Shown here: positions 1 to 8,137 of the stretch, piece by piece
Numbering within the stretch: the first letter of the stretch is position 1
Layout: each line of letters starts with the position of its first letter
Assembly: GCA_035943095.1 (NCBI GenBank)
Contig: DASZCN010000101.1
Span: 19,614 to 83,613, forward strand
Length of the DNA stretch: 64,000 nucleotides
From: Gemmatimonadales bacterium
GTDB taxonomy: Bacteria > Gemmatimonadota > Gemmatimonadetes > Gemmatimonadales > GWC2-71-9
Reading direction: 5' to 3'
The notes under the pieces: generated by a model
Database searches by the model: none
The model's input: the letters and a program-made list of their open reading frames with translations, nothing else
Told to the model about the DNA's origin: nothing
Translations under genes and position numbers: made by a program

Positions 1-359
1 TGCTCCACGATCTCGACCGCGCTGTCGTTGCCAAACCGGAGCCGCCTTCCGGGCTTGAGCTTCCCGCCAGGGTGCCCCATCGCGAGCCACGTGCCGTCCG
101 GCAGCGGGCGCACGAGCAGGAGCTCCGCCGGGGCCCCGGTTTCTCTGTTTCCGTGTAGCCGCGCAGGGATCACGCGCGACACGTTGAGGACGACGACGTC
201 CTGCGGGTCCACCAGATCCACGATGGCACCAAAATCGAGATGCCGCAGTGTCCCGGTCGCGCGATCCAGCACGAGCAGACGGCTCCCGGCACGATCGGGG
301 AGGGGGTATTGGGCGATGAGCGCGGGGGGAAAGGAGTAATCGAAGTCGGAGGCGCGCAT
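1..359 (-). CDS. queA: S-adenosylmethionine:tRNA ribosyltransferase-isomerase QueA, N-terminal part (runs off window edge)
   Basis: Not in the ORF track because it is open at the window edge. Hand translation of the minus strand from ATG 359-357 gives MRASDFDYSFPPALIAQYPLPDRAGSRLLVLDRATGTLRHLDFGAIVDLVDPQDVVVLNVSRVIPARLHGNRETGAPAELLLVRPLPDGTW... It stays open to position 1. It matches the conserved QueA N-terminus (E. coli MRVTDFSFELPESLIAHYP...). Confidence 0.9.
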   Translation of the reverse strand, partial: MRASDFDYSFPPALIAQYPLPDRAGSRLLVLDRATGTLRHLDFGAIVDLVDPQDVVVLNVSRVIPARLHGNRETGAPAELLLVRPLPDGTWLAMGHPGGKLKPGRRLRFGNDSAVEIVE

Positions 360-365
360 CGGGCG

Positions 366-443
366 ATTGCGGATTTCGGATTGTGGATTGCGGATTGGAA
401 GGTCGGACGTCGAATCCGCAATCCGCATTCCGCAATCCGCAAT
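366..443. repeat. Long imperfect palindrome built from inverted blocks of about 4 heptamer repeats (GCGGATT / AATCCGC)
   Basis: Left arm 366-398 is attgcggatttcggattgtggattgcggattgg. The loop is 399-410. Right arm 411-443 is cgaatccgcaatccgcattccgcaatccgcaat. About 29 of 33 positions pair. It fills nearly all of the ruvB-stop (447) to queA-ATG (359) spacer. Confidence 0.85.
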
Positions 444-446
444 TGT

Positions 447-1484
447 CTAGCTGTCAAACATCGTCGGCTGTTCAGCGCTCCGGGGTGGCGTGAATCCAAA
501 ATGTTTATACGCCCCCGTCGTGGCGCACCGGCCGCGCGGCGTGCGGGCGAGGAACCCCTGCTGCATCAGGAACGGCTCGTACACCTCTTCGAGCGTGCCC
601 GGATCCTCGCCGACGGCGGCGGCGATGGTGGTGAGGCCCACGGGACCGCCTTCGAACTGCTCGATGATGGTCTTCAGGATGCGGCCGTCCATGTCGTCGA
701 GGCCGAACTCGTCGACGTCGAGCCGCTTTAGTGCTTCGGCGGCCACCTGTGCGGTGATCTTGCCGCCCGCTCGCACCTGGGCGTAGTCGCGCACGCGCTT
801 GAGCAGCCGGTTCGCGACACGTGGCGTCCCCCGGCTGCGGCGGGCGATCTCGGCGATCCCTGCGACATCGGTAGGAACCTCGAGGATCCCCGCCGAGCGC
901 GCGATGATCTGTGCGAGGTCGTCGGGCGGATAATAGGAGAGCCGCTCCACGAGGCCGAAGCGTGCGCGCATCGGAGGTGTGAGCAGCCCGAAGCGCGTGG
1001 TCGCGCCGATCAGCGTGAATCGCTCGAGGGCCATGGGGATGGTCTGCGCGTGCGCGCCATCGGCGATACGGACGTCCACCCGGTAGTCCTCCATGGCCGG
1101 ATAGAGAAACTCCTCGAGGGCGGGCCGGAGGCGGTGTACCTCGTCGATGAACAAGATGTCCCCGGCCTTGAGCGAGGTGAGCATGCCGACCAGGTCCCCG
1201 GGCCGCTCGAGCACGGGGCCCGACGTCGTCCGGATATTGACGCCGAGCTCTCTCGCCATGAGGAGTGCGAGCGTCGTCTTGCCGAGCCCCGGAGGGCCGA
1301 AGAAGAGGGCGTGGTCGAGCGGCTCGTGGCGCTGCTTCGCGGCATCGATCGCGATCTGCAGGGATTCCTTCACCTTGGCCTGGCCGACGAACTCGTCGAG
1401 GCGAGAGGGGCGGAGGGCGGCGTCGGTCAGGCGCTCGTCGGGGAGCGCTTCGGGGGTGGTGACCTGCGCGCGCGCCTCCTTCAC
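447..1484 (-). CDS. ruvB: Holliday junction branch-migration ATPase RuvB
   Basis: C-terminal 345 codons of track ORF 447..1889. Motifs seen: [19 protein letters not shown], Walker [10 protein letters not shown], Walker [11 protein letters not shown] place the start at GTG 1484-1482. The upstream part of the ORF is Arg-rich shadow over ruvA. Confidence 0.93.
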   Translation of the reverse strand: MKEARAQVTTPEALPDERLTDAALRPSRLDEFVGQAKVKESLQIAIDAAKQRHEPLDHALFFGPPGLGKTTLALLMARELGVNIRTTSGPVLERPGDLVGMLTSLKAGDILFIDEVHRLRPALEEFLYPAMEDYRVDVRIADGAHAQTIPMALERFTLIGATTRFGLLTPPMRARFGLVERLSYYPPDDLAQIIARSAGILEVPTDVAGIAEIARRSRGTPRVANRLLKRVRDYAQVRAGGKITAQVAAEALKRLDVDEFGLDDMDGRILKTIIEQFEGGPVGLTTIAAAVGEDPGTLEEVYEPFLMQQGFLARTPRGRCATTGAYKHFGFTPPRSAEQPTMFDS

Positions 1485-1663
1485 GCGGCTTTCCCCACCG
1501 GGCGTGCGCGCCACCGCACCGGCCGCGTGTCGCGCTCGAGTGCGTGCGCGGTGTGGCACGTGACGCATTCGTCCATCGCTCGCGTTGCTCCGTCTGGGAC
1601 GAGCATGCGGTTGGTCGAGCCGCAGCGCGTGCAGATCCACTCGGCCGTCGTCGCCATGGTCAT
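1481..1663 (-). CDS. Small zinc-ribbon protein (two CxxC pairs), 60 aa, function unknown
   Basis: Track [48 protein letters not shown]... has CxxC-x18-CxxC. About 52 of 60 codons end in G/C, like the flanking genes. Its ATG overlaps the ruvA stop (ATGA at 1660-1663). Its TGA overlaps the ruvB GTG (GTGA at 1481-1484). Confidence 0.6.
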   Translation of the reverse strand: MTMATTAEWICTRCGSTNRMLVPDGATRAMDECVTCHTAHALERDTRPVRWRARPVGKAA

Positions 1664-2268
1664 CCCTGCGTGAGAAGTTGTAGCGCCCGGCGCACCAGCC
1701 CCTCCGTGTCGCCTGCGGCGTTGCCGCCGCCATCCGCCGCGAGTGCCTGCCGCAGCGCGCGGTCCGCCTCGACGGTGGAGTAGCCGAGCCGCTCGAGCGC
1801 GTGCAACGCGGCCTCCGAGGCGCCTCCGCCCGCCGGTTGAGCAAGACCGGCGGCCTCCTCAAACTCGCCGAGCTTGTCGGCCAGTTCAAGCGCCAGGCGC
1901 TCGGCCGTCTTCTTGCCGATGCCCGGCACCGACGCGAGGAGGGCGATGTTGCGCTCCTTCACCGCCCGCACTCCCCGCTCCACCCCCAGGGCCGACACGA
2001 GCGCGATGGCGATCTTGGGACCGATGCCCGTCACGCCAATGAGCCGCTGGAAGAAACGTCGTCCGGTTTCGTTCTCGAATCCGTACAGCGCCCAACCGTC
2101 TTCCCGCACCACGAGCTCGGTCGCGAGGCTCACGGCCGCCCCCACAGCGGGGAGTCGCTCCATCACACCGAGGGGGACGACGACTTCGTAGCCCACGCCC
2201 CCCGACGTGTCGATCATCACGCGATCGGCGTCCTTGGCAGTGAGCCGTCCCGAAACCCGGGCGATCAC
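1660..2268 (-). CDS. ruvA: Holliday junction DNA-binding protein RuvA
   Basis: C-terminal 202 codons of track ORF 1660..2646: [34 protein letters not shown]...[12 protein letters not shown]...[12 protein letters not shown] (HhH motifs). The GTG start at 2268 overlaps the ruvC stop (GTGA). Confidence 0.92.
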   Translation of the reverse strand: MIARVSGRLTAKDADRVMIDTSGGVGYEVVVPLGVMERLPAVGAAVSLATELVVREDGWALYGFENETGRRFFQRLIGVTGIGPKIAIALVSALGVERGVRAVKERNIALLASVPGIGKKTAERLALELADKLGEFEEAAGLAQPAGGGASEAALHALERLGYSTVEADRALRQALAADGGGNAAGDTEGLVRRALQLLTQG

Positions 2269-2741
2269 GAGCGGAGCATGTGTGCGAGCGCCACGGCCAC
2301 GCCGTCCGCGGCGTCGGCCGGCCTCGGCGCCTCCTTCAGGTGGAGCAGGTGAGCGACCACGCTGCCGACCTGCGTCTTGGCTGCGCCCCCGGCGCCCACC
2401 ACCGTCTTTTTCACCGTCGCGGGCGGGTATTCCGCGATGGTGATCCCCGCCTGCTCGGCGGCGAGCAGAATGACGCCCCGCGCGTGACCCAACACCAGCG
2501 TTGTATGGACGTTCTTGTGGTAGAACGCGTTCTCGAGCGCGAGCACGGCCGGCCGGTGGCGCGCGATCAAGTCCGCGATATGGGCGTGGAGCTCGCGCAG
2601 GCGGCGGGGCAAGGGGCTCCGCCCGGAGAAACGGATCACGCCGCACTCGACCAGCCGACCCATCCCGGAGGCGCCGTTCCCCGATTCGATCACGCCGTAG
2701 CCGGTGACCGACGTCCCGGGGTCGACGCCCAGCACCCTCAC
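2265..2741 (-). CDS. ruvC: Crossover junction endodeoxyribonuclease RuvC
   Basis: Sequence (M/V)RVLGVDPGTSVTGYGVIE... with ENAFYHKNVHTTLVLGHARGV. This is the typical RuvC fold and length (158 aa). Confidence 0.93.
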   Translation of the reverse strand: MRVLGVDPGTSVTGYGVIESGNGASGMGRLVECGVIRFSGRSPLPRRLRELHAHIADLIARHRPAVLALENAFYHKNVHTTLVLGHARGVILLAAEQAGITIAEYPPATVKKTVVGAGGAAKTQVGSVVAHLLHLKEAPRPADAADGVAVALAHMLRS

Positions 2742-2742
2742 G

Positions 2743-3492
2743 CTAGGCCGTCGCCGCCGCCAGCGCCTCGGCGTCGATGTCGAAGTTCGCGGAAACCCTC
2801 GCGACGTCGTCCATCTCTTCCAGCGCTTCGATGAGCTGGAGCAATCGTTTCGCGTCCTTGCCGTCCACCTTCACGGTGCTCTTGGGGATCATCGCGATCT
2901 CGGCGGTCTGGGTCGGGATCTGCTTGCCCTTGAGCCGCTCCGTAATCTGATGCAGCTGGTGCACCGGACCAGTAATAAGGAAGGCGTCGCCGTCGCGTAC
3001 CATGTCCTCCGCTCCCGCATCGAGCGCCACCTCCATGACCGCGTCCTCGGCGGCGCGGCCGGCATCCACCGTGACCTGCGCCTTGCGGTCGAACATCCAC
3101 GCGACGGAATTCGCCGCCCCGAGATTTCCTCCGTGACGTTGGAACACGTTGCGGATCTCGGCGACGGTACGGTTGGCGTTGTCGGTCGTCGCCTCGATGA
3201 AGATGGCCGCGCCCCCGGGCCCGTAGCCCTCGTAGGTGACCTCCTCGTACGTCACCCCCTCGAGCTCCCCGGTTCCTTTCTTCACGGCCCGCTCGATATT
3301 GTCGAGCGGCATGTTCTCGGTCTTGGCCGCGTCGATCGCCGTGCGGAGCCGGGCGTTGCCGCCGGGATCGCCTCCTCCCTGCTTGGCGGCGATCGTGATC
3401 TCACGGATGAGCTTGGTGAAGAGCGCGCCACGCCGCGCGTCGGTGACGGCCTTCTTCCGCTTGATCTGCTTCCATTTGCTGTGGCCGGCCAT
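2743..3492 (-). CDS. yebC: YebC/PmpR family DNA-binding transcriptional regulator
   Basis: MAGHSKWKQIKRKKAVTDARRGALFTKLIREITIAAKQGGGDP... is the canonical YebC N-terminus. I prefer ATG 3492 over the upstream GTG 3498. Confidence 0.92.
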   Translation of the reverse strand: MAGHSKWKQIKRKKAVTDARRGALFTKLIREITIAAKQGGGDPGGNARLRTAIDAAKTENMPLDNIERAVKKGTGELEGVTYEEVTYEGYGPGGAAIFIEATTDNANRTVAEIRNVFQRHGGNLGAANSVAWMFDRKAQVTVDAGRAAEDAVMEVALDAGAEDMVRDGDAFLITGPVHQLHQITERLKGKQIPTQTAEIAMIPKSTVKVDGKDAKRLLQLIEALEEMDDVARVSANFDIDAEALAAATA

Positions 3493-3534
3493 GGGCACCC
3501 AAGTCCAAAGTCTACGGCCTACAACTTACCACTT

Positions 3535-4407
3535 TCATCTATCCGGATCGAGCATGTCCTCGAACCGCATCCATCGCCGATAGAAATACAAGTCGACGAA
3601 TCCCGTCGGCCCATTCCGGTTCTTCAATACGATAAGCTCGGTCGCTCCCTCCACGCCGTGGCCCGGGTTGTACATCTCTTCGCGGTAGATGCCGAGGATC
3701 ACGTCGGCGTGCTGCTTGATGGCGCCGAGGTGCCCGAAGTCGTCGAGCGACGGCCGCGCGTTGGGGCGTTTGGCGTCGAAGCGCGGGAGCTGTGACACCA
3801 CGACGAGCGCCACACGGCGCTCGATCGCCAGGGCCTTGAGCCGTTGGAGCACGAGGGCGAGATCTTCGTCCTGTGTCGAGCGCGGGACGCCGCGGGGCGA
3901 CGGTACCAGCTGCAGGTAATCCACGACCACCAGTCCGAGCTGCGCGAGGGGATCGAGCCGCTCCGCGGTCGTCTCGAAGTCCCGCGCCGCGAGGGGGAGA
4001 GGGGAGAGCGGCAAGCCTCGCAGCCGCACCGCGGCGCCACCGATTCCGGCGCGCGTCTGGTCGTTGAGCTTCGCGGTGCGGAGCTCGTCCACGGCCACCC
4101 GCCCTTCGATCGCGAGCGCACGCTCCATGAGACGCTCATCGTCCATTTCGCCCGAGAAGAGCGCTACGCCGGTCCCCTGCTGCGCCGTCCGGAGGGCCAG
4201 TCCGAGTGCGAGGGCCGACTTGCCGGAGCCCACGTCCCCTCCCAGGACTACGAGGTCCCGTCTGCGCAGGCCGCCGCCCAGCATGCGGTCGATCGACGGA
4301 AACCCCGTGGGCACCGTGTCGCCCGAGACCTCGCCGGGACGTTGCTGATCCACGCGCTCGACCAGCGCCTCGACCGATGGGCGCTTCGGAAAACGGCGCG
4401 GGGTCAT
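3535..4407 (-). CDS. DnaB-like helicase C-terminal (RecA-fold) domain protein lacking the DnaB N-terminal domain
   Basis: Motifs seen: TGFPSIDRMLGGGLRRRDLVVLGGDVGSGKSALAL (Walker A), LVVVDYLQLV (Walker B), SQLPR...RPSLDDFGHLGAIKQHADVILGIYREEMY, LKNRNGPTGFVDLYFYRRWMRFEDM. Only about 55 aa precede Walker A. Start taken as ATG 4407. Confidence 0.8.
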   Translation of the reverse strand: MTPRRFPKRPSVEALVERVDQQRPGEVSGDTVPTGFPSIDRMLGGGLRRRDLVVLGGDVGSGKSALALGLALRTAQQGTGVALFSGEMDDERLMERALAIEGRVAVDELRTAKLNDQTRAGIGGAAVRLRGLPLSPLPLAARDFETTAERLDPLAQLGLVVVDYLQLVPSPRGVPRSTQDEDLALVLQRLKALAIERRVALVVVSQLPRFDAKRPNARPSLDDFGHLGAIKQHADVILGIYREEMYNPGHGVEGATELIVLKNRNGPTGFVDLYFYRRWMRFEDMLDPDR

Positions 4408-4411
4408 CGGC

Positions 4412-5071
4412 TCAGAGCGCCACCGCGACCGCCGCCCACCGTTCGCCGCCCACTCCGGACGCCCGCATCGCGACTTCGGCGACGAGATGGCGGCCATGGA
4501 GCGCGAGGTCGGCCCGGCTCAAACGGTCGCGCAATGTGGCGACCGTCAGGGGCTGGCCAGCGACAATCAACAGGAGATAGCGGCTCGCCGGAGGCGTGAG
4601 CGGCTTGGTGAGGGGCTCGGTGGAGGAAACAGGGCAGTAGCTGGGGTGGTCTGGATCGGACGTGGCGCAAAGCTCCTGCGGGAGGTGCCCGAGCCGCTCG
4701 ACGCGAGTGGGCACGCCGCGCTCCAAACCCGGCGGTAGCGCCGCGACCACGTCCACCGGCACGCTGTCCGCCGGCGGCATCGCCCGCAGCGCGAGCCTAT
4801 GGGTACCTGCCGCGAGCTGGGCGGGTTTGGGCTCCGCGGTCGCGAATCGGAGCGTCACACGTCCGTCCTCGACCTCGAGCAGCGTGACGAACGCCGCCCG
4901 GGCGAGCTCCACCGTCACGCTATCGGGGACGCCGGGCTTGGCCGCGAGCGGTGTGATGCGAGGGGCGTAACTCAGATCGGGCCCGAGCACGTTCAGGGGC
5001 TGTGGATGGGCACAGCCGATCCATGGTAGGCACGCTGCGTAGGCGACGAACCGAACCAAATGTCCCCGCAT
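4412..5071 (-). CDS. Hypothetical secreted protein or lipoprotein
   Basis: The N-terminal hydrophobic segment ends ...CLPWIGC, a weak lipobox. GC3-rich. The stop is 4 nt upstream of the DnaB-like start. No family recognised. Confidence 0.55.
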   Translation of the reverse strand: MRGHLVRFVAYAACLPWIGCAHPQPLNVLGPDLSYAPRITPLAAKPGVPDSVTVELARAAFVTLLEVEDGRVTLRFATAEPKPAQLAAGTHRLALRAMPPADSVPVDVVAALPPGLERGVPTRVERLGHLPQELCATSDPDHPSYCPVSSTEPLTKPLTPPASRYLLLIVAGQPLTVATLRDRLSRADLALHGRHLVAEVAMRASGVGGERWAAVAVAL

Positions 5072-5119
5072 AGTCCCTCTCCCCTCTCCCCTCTCGATGC
5101 TTCTCGCTCCCTGCTCCCT

Positions 5120-5497
5120 CTATAGATGTATTCGGGCGGAGCGGGCGGCAACCGTGACGGCTTCTCCAGCCTCCGGCCCGAGCACCTCTCGCGCTGGCGC
5201 GATGAGTTGCGATAGCACCGACGCCGCGGCTGCCGGGGTGGCGGGCTCGAGGTGGTGGCGGGCTGCCGCCAGGGCGCGCTTGAGGGGGGCCGGGAGGGCG
5301 AGGCTGCCGAGCCTGGCTTCCAGGGCCACGAGGCGCCGCCGGTGGTTCTTGCCCGACACAGGCTTCGGCGGGAGCAGCGACTCGGCCGAGCGAACTACCA
5401 GCCACAGGGCGAACAGGCCCTCGCGCTTCGGTCCACGCACGGCCGCGGCGACGAGCTCGATCAGTCGAGCCTCCGCCGGCGTGGTCGACCCGATCAC
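5120..5497 (-). CDS. Hypothetical protein (125 aa)
   Basis: C-terminal part of track ORF 5120..6046: VIGSTTPAEARLIELVAAAVRGPKREGLFALWLVV... The GTG at 5497 overlaps the GT9 stop (GTGA at 5494-5497). The upstream part of the ORF is shadow over GT9. Confidence 0.45.
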   Translation of the reverse strand: MIGSTTPAEARLIELVAAAVRGPKREGLFALWLVVRSAESLLPPKPVSGKNHRRRLVALEARLGSLALPAPLKRALAAARHHLEPATPAAAASVLSQLIAPAREVLGPEAGEAVTVAARSARIHL

Positions 5498-6489
5498 GCG
5501 ACGAGGCGCTCGACGGCGGCGACCACCTCGGCGGGCGTGATGTCCGCGAGGCAGCGGTGGTGCCCGAGTGGGCAGCTCGCTGTCCCGGTCGCCGAACAGG
5601 GGCGACAGTCGAGTGCCCGCTCGATGACGAGGGCGGGGGCGCGATACGGCAGGAAGCCGAATTGCGCAACCGTGGGTCCAAACAGAGCGACCACCGGCGT
5701 GCCGACGCCGGTGGCCATATGCATGACGCCGGTATCGCCCGAGACGACGACCCGCGCGCGCGCGAGCAGACCTCCGGTTTCCTGCAGCGAGCACTCGCCG
5801 GCGGCGCTTTCGGCGGCGCCCGCCGCCGCGAGCTGCTGCGCCAACCCGCGGTCGTCGGGCCCGCCCACGACGATCGGTCGGTACCCCGCGGCGCGGAGCC
5901 GCTCGGCCAGCGCGCTCCAGTGGGCGACGGGCCAGCGCTTGGTGGCGTGCGCCGCGCCCGGGGCGAGCGCGGCGACCCGGGCGTCCGCCAAGCCCCGCTC
6001 GGCGAGCCATTGCGCCGCGCGGTCGCGGGCCCCCGGTCCAAGGCAAAACTCAGGCGGGCCGCCGTCGGGCTGCGCGTCGAGCCGCCGGGCCGCCTCGAAG
6101 TACCGCTCGGCCACCGACGTGCGCCGCCGGTAGGCGTCGACCTTGGTGGCAATAAGCAGCGCGCGCGCCAGCTTCCGCTTGCGATACCCTGACCAGTGGC
6201 AGCGCACGAGCAGGCGCAGGCCCGCGCTGCGGATGCTGCCATGCAAGTCGAGCCCATGCGTCGGCGTGAGCGCCCGCAGTCGGCGCGCGAGGTGCCGGAT
6301 CGGCTCGTCGGGGTCCAACGCCACCACCTCGGCGACGTGCGGGTTGTCGGCGACGAGCGGCGCCATCGCGCGCTTGGTGACGTACACGAGCCGCGCCTCC
6401 GGATGGCGCCGGGCGAGCGCGCGCACGAGCGGCGTGGTGAGCAGGATGTCACCGATGGAGCTGAAGCGCACCACGAGGACGCACAGCAC
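5494..6489 (-). CDS. Glycosyltransferase family 9 (LPS heptosyltransferase-like)
   Basis: VLVVRFSSIGDILLTTPLVRALARRHPEARLVYVT... and C-terminal GDTGVMHMATGVGTPVVALFGPT are typical RfaF/WaaC-family motifs. Confidence 0.82.
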   Translation of the reverse strand: MLCVLVVRFSSIGDILLTTPLVRALARRHPEARLVYVTKRAMAPLVADNPHVAEVVALDPDEPIRHLARRLRALTPTHGLDLHGSIRSAGLRLLVRCHWSGYRKRKLARALLIATKVDAYRRRTSVAERYFEAARRLDAQPDGGPPEFCLGPGARDRAAQWLAERGLADARVAALAPGAAHATKRWPVAHWSALAERLRAAGYRPIVVGGPDDRGLAQQLAAAGAAESAAGECSLQETGGLLARARVVVSGDTGVMHMATGVGTPVVALFGPTVAQFGFLPYRAPALVIERALDCRPCSATGTASCPLGHHRCLADITPAEVVAAVERLVA

Positions 6490-6546
6490 GCCGCGAAATT
6501 AGGCTGTCGTTGCCCGCGTTCGCCAGTCGCCATTAGCTTTTGGCGT

Positions 6547-8136
6547 ATGCCGCGGCCGAAGACCATTCTCTGGGTGGACGACGAAGTCGAGGGGCTCGCC
6601 GCGCACCGGCGTTTCCTCGAGGACCAGGGATTCACCGTCGCCGCCGCGTCCCACGGCGACGATGCGCTCGCGTTGCTCCGCCGACAGGCCTACAGCATCG
6701 TGCTCCTGGACGAGCAGATGCCCGGGCGCCGCGGCCTCGAGCTGATCGGGGAGATCCGGACCATCGATCCCGCGATGCCCGTGGTGATGGTCACGCAGAG
6801 CGAGGACGAAGGAACGCTGCGCGAGGCGATCGGCATCGAGGTGGACGACTACCTCGTGAAGCCGGTCCAGCCGCGCCAGATCCTCTCGGTGATCACGCGG
6901 CTGCTCGAAGGCGATCGGATCCGACAGCAGCGGCTGGCCCGCGACTTCGTCACCCGGTTCCGCGAGCTCGAGGGACGTCGGGGAGCGACGCTCGCGTGGC
7001 GCGAGTGGATCGAGCTGGTGGCGGAGCTGGCGCGCTGGGATGTCCGCCTGGCGGCCTCGAACGAGCCCGGACTGTCGGAGGCGCTCCGCGCGTTGCAGCG
7101 CTCACTCCGCAAGGATTTCTCGGAATACGTCGCGCGGCAGTACCCCCGCTGGCTCGCGGCGCCCGAAGGGGATCGGCCACCGCTTTCCGTGGACGTCGGT
7201 GCCGAGTTTCTCGTTCCGGTACTGCAATCGACCGGGCGGGTGTTGTTCATCGTGATCGATTGCCTGCGCCTCGACCAGTGGGAGGTGCTGCGCGAGCTCG
7301 TGACCCCGCTGTTCGACGTCGAAGAGTCTCACTACTATGGCATTCTGCCGACGGCCACCCCGTTCGCGCGCAACGCAATCTTTTCGGGACTGTTTCCCAT
7401 GGAGATCGCGGCCCGCCACCCCGAGTGGTGGGGCCAAGCGTCCGACGAGGAAAGCCTCAACGCGCATGAAGCCGAGCTCCTCACCGAGCAGATCCGGGAG
7501 CTGATGCACCGGCCGGTGCCGGTGCGCTACGAAAAGGTGTTCAGCTCGGGTGAGGGCGACCTGCTCCGCCGGCTTCCCGCGCACCTCGCACAGGACGGCG
7601 TCACGGCCCTCGTGTTCAACTTCGTGGACCAGCTGACGCACGGTCGTTCCGAGAGCGCCATCCTCTACGAGGTGGCGCGGGACGAGGCCGCGTTACGGAG
7701 TCTCACGCGCACCTGGTTCGAGCGCTCGCCCGTGCTCGCGGCCCTGCGGGAGGCCGAGCGCCGGGGCGTGACCGTGTTGCTCACCACCGATCACGGCTCG
7801 ATCCACTGCGAGACCCCGGCGACCGTCTACGCCAAGCGGGACGCCACCGCCAACCTGCGCTACAAGTTCGGTGAGGACCTGAAGAGTGAGGACTCGCAGG
7901 CGGCGATCCAGGTGGAAGACCTGAAGAGCTTCGGCCTGCCGGCCATGGGGCTGGGCGTGCGCCTGCTCCTCGCAACGGCGGATCGGTTCTTCGTGTATCC
8001 CACCAAGCTGCGCGAGTACCAGGCGCGCTATCGGGGCTCGTTCCTGCACGGTGGGGTGACCCCCGAAGAGATGATCCTTCCGGTCGCGCTGCTCACGCCG
8101 AGGGGACGCACCGGGTCCAGCGGAGGCGGTCGCTAA
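6547..8136 (+). CDS. PorX-like response regulator: CheY receiver fused to a PglZ/alkaline-phosphatase-superfamily domain
   Basis: Receiver: MPRPKTILWVDDE...VLLDEQMPG...DDYLVKPV. PglZ-type part: VLFIVIDCLRLDQWEVL, TATPFARNAIFSG, NFVDQLTHG, LLTTDHGSIH. Start taken as ATG 6547 inside track ORF 6196..8136. Confidence 0.8.
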   Translation: MPRPKTILWVDDEVEGLAAHRRFLEDQGFTVAAASHGDDALALLRRQAYSIVLLDEQMPGRRGLELIGEIRTIDPAMPVVMVTQSEDEGTLREAIGIEVDDYLVKPVQPRQILSVITRLLEGDRIRQQRLARDFVTRFRELEGRRGATLAWREWIELVAELARWDVRLAASNEPGLSEALRALQRSLRKDFSEYVARQYPRWLAAPEGDRPPLSVDVGAEFLVPVLQSTGRVLFIVIDCLRLDQWEVLRELVTPLFDVEESHYYGILPTATPFARNAIFSGLFPMEIAARHPEWWGQASDEESLNAHEAELLTEQIRELMHRPVPVRYEKVFSSGEGDLLRRLPAHLAQDGVTALVFNFVDQLTHGRSESAILYEVARDEAALRSLTRTWFERSPVLAALREAERRGVTVLLTTDHGSIHCETPATVYAKRDATANLRYKFGEDLKSEDSQAAIQVEDLKSFGLPAMGLGVRLLLATADRFFVYPTKLREYQARYRGSFLHGGVTPEEMILPVALLTPRGRTGSSGGGR

Positions 8137-8137
8137 C

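Noticed and set aside
28-339. Plus-strand ORF at the left edge of the window.
   Set aside because: The opposite strand reads as a clean QueA N-terminus from ATG 359 to the window edge. The plus-strand ORF is its shadow.
366-443. Short tandem repeats (heptamers at 366-443; AACCTCC at 39811-39847) as a CRISPR array.
   Set aside because: The units are 7-10 nt with no unique spacers of 25-40 nt, and no cas genes are present. They form hairpins rather than repeat-spacer arrays.
4920-6635. Very long ORFs in alternative frames. Examples: 4920..6635, 10006..11976, 13202..15118, 40976..42388, 58738..59874, 20166..20891 and 35804..37021 (5' extensions).
   Set aside because: They overlap genes with clear family motifs in another frame or strand. 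Their translations are Arg/Pro/Gly/Ala-dominated with no recognisable domains. This is the expected behaviour of shadow ORFs in a very GC-rich genome.
6547-8136. PglZ domain as a marker of a BREX/phage-defence island.
   Set aside because: No PglX methyltransferase, BrxC/PglY ATPase, BrxL or other BREX genes are nearby. The N-terminal receiver domain and the glycan/LPS neighbourhood fit the PorX-type regulator architecture instead.
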